NCBI GenBank assembly: GCA_021786105.1
Contig: JAJYNW010000009.1
Location: 1 to 27,387 of the forward strand
Direction of reading: 5' to 3'
From: a bacterium
Lineage (GTDB): Bacteria > Patescibacteriota > Microgenomatia > Daviesbacterales > UBA10151
Length of the DNA: 27,387 bases
A program made the position numbers and the translations under genes. Below the pieces are notes generated by a model, which saw nothing but the letters and a program-made list of their open reading frames with translations, was not told where the DNA came from and made no database searches. Below are positions 27,327-27,387 of this stretch, piece by piece. How positions within the stretch are numbered: the first letter of the stretch is position 1; each line of letters opens with the position of its first letter.

Positions 27327-27374
27327 ATTAATGGACAGGACCTCCTGTTGAGAGAAGGTGAACTGTCCATTAAT
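27327..27374. repeat. Long inverted repeat/hairpin
   Basis: ATTAATGGACAG...CTGTCCATTAAT, perfect 12-bp arms plus inner ACCT/AGGT pairing. Confidence 0.7.
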
Positions 27375-27387
27375 ATTCTAAAATATT

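Overview
Bacterial chromosome segment, most likely from a Patescibacteria/CPR genome (Microgenomates-like). This is inferred from the gene set, the compact proteins and the near-leaderless starts; the genetic code is standard code 11. The right two-thirds is a mostly minus-strand housekeeping backbone: yraN, rnhB, rplS, dnaE, gatB-gatA-gatC, obgE, htpX, lemA, polX and tRNA-Asp. Single-gene insertions punctuate it (GIY-YIG nuclease in REP-like repeats, NYN nuclease, methyltransferases, SET protein). The left ~7.5 kb is an AT-rich variable island downstream of tRNA-Glu(TTC). The most striking feature is at 4850-7604: a tandem array of three single-gene cassettes (methyltransferase, SDR, RpiB). 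Each cassette starts at a GTACC core identical to the tRNA-Glu 3' end, followed by a ~113-bp repeat conserved at the protein level (VPQMFxNWNQ...NYL*). Two non-coding, hairpin-rich modules carrying tRNA-end copies bracket the array. No recombinase is present in the window, so this looks like an integron-like, tRNA-anchored cassette system mobilised in trans (inference). Also seen: diverged duplicates of the gatC 5' end and obgE 3' end flanking inserted genes, a shared CCYATAGT motif abutting the -35 box of several accessory-gene promoters, several pseudogenes, and a probable IS630 end.
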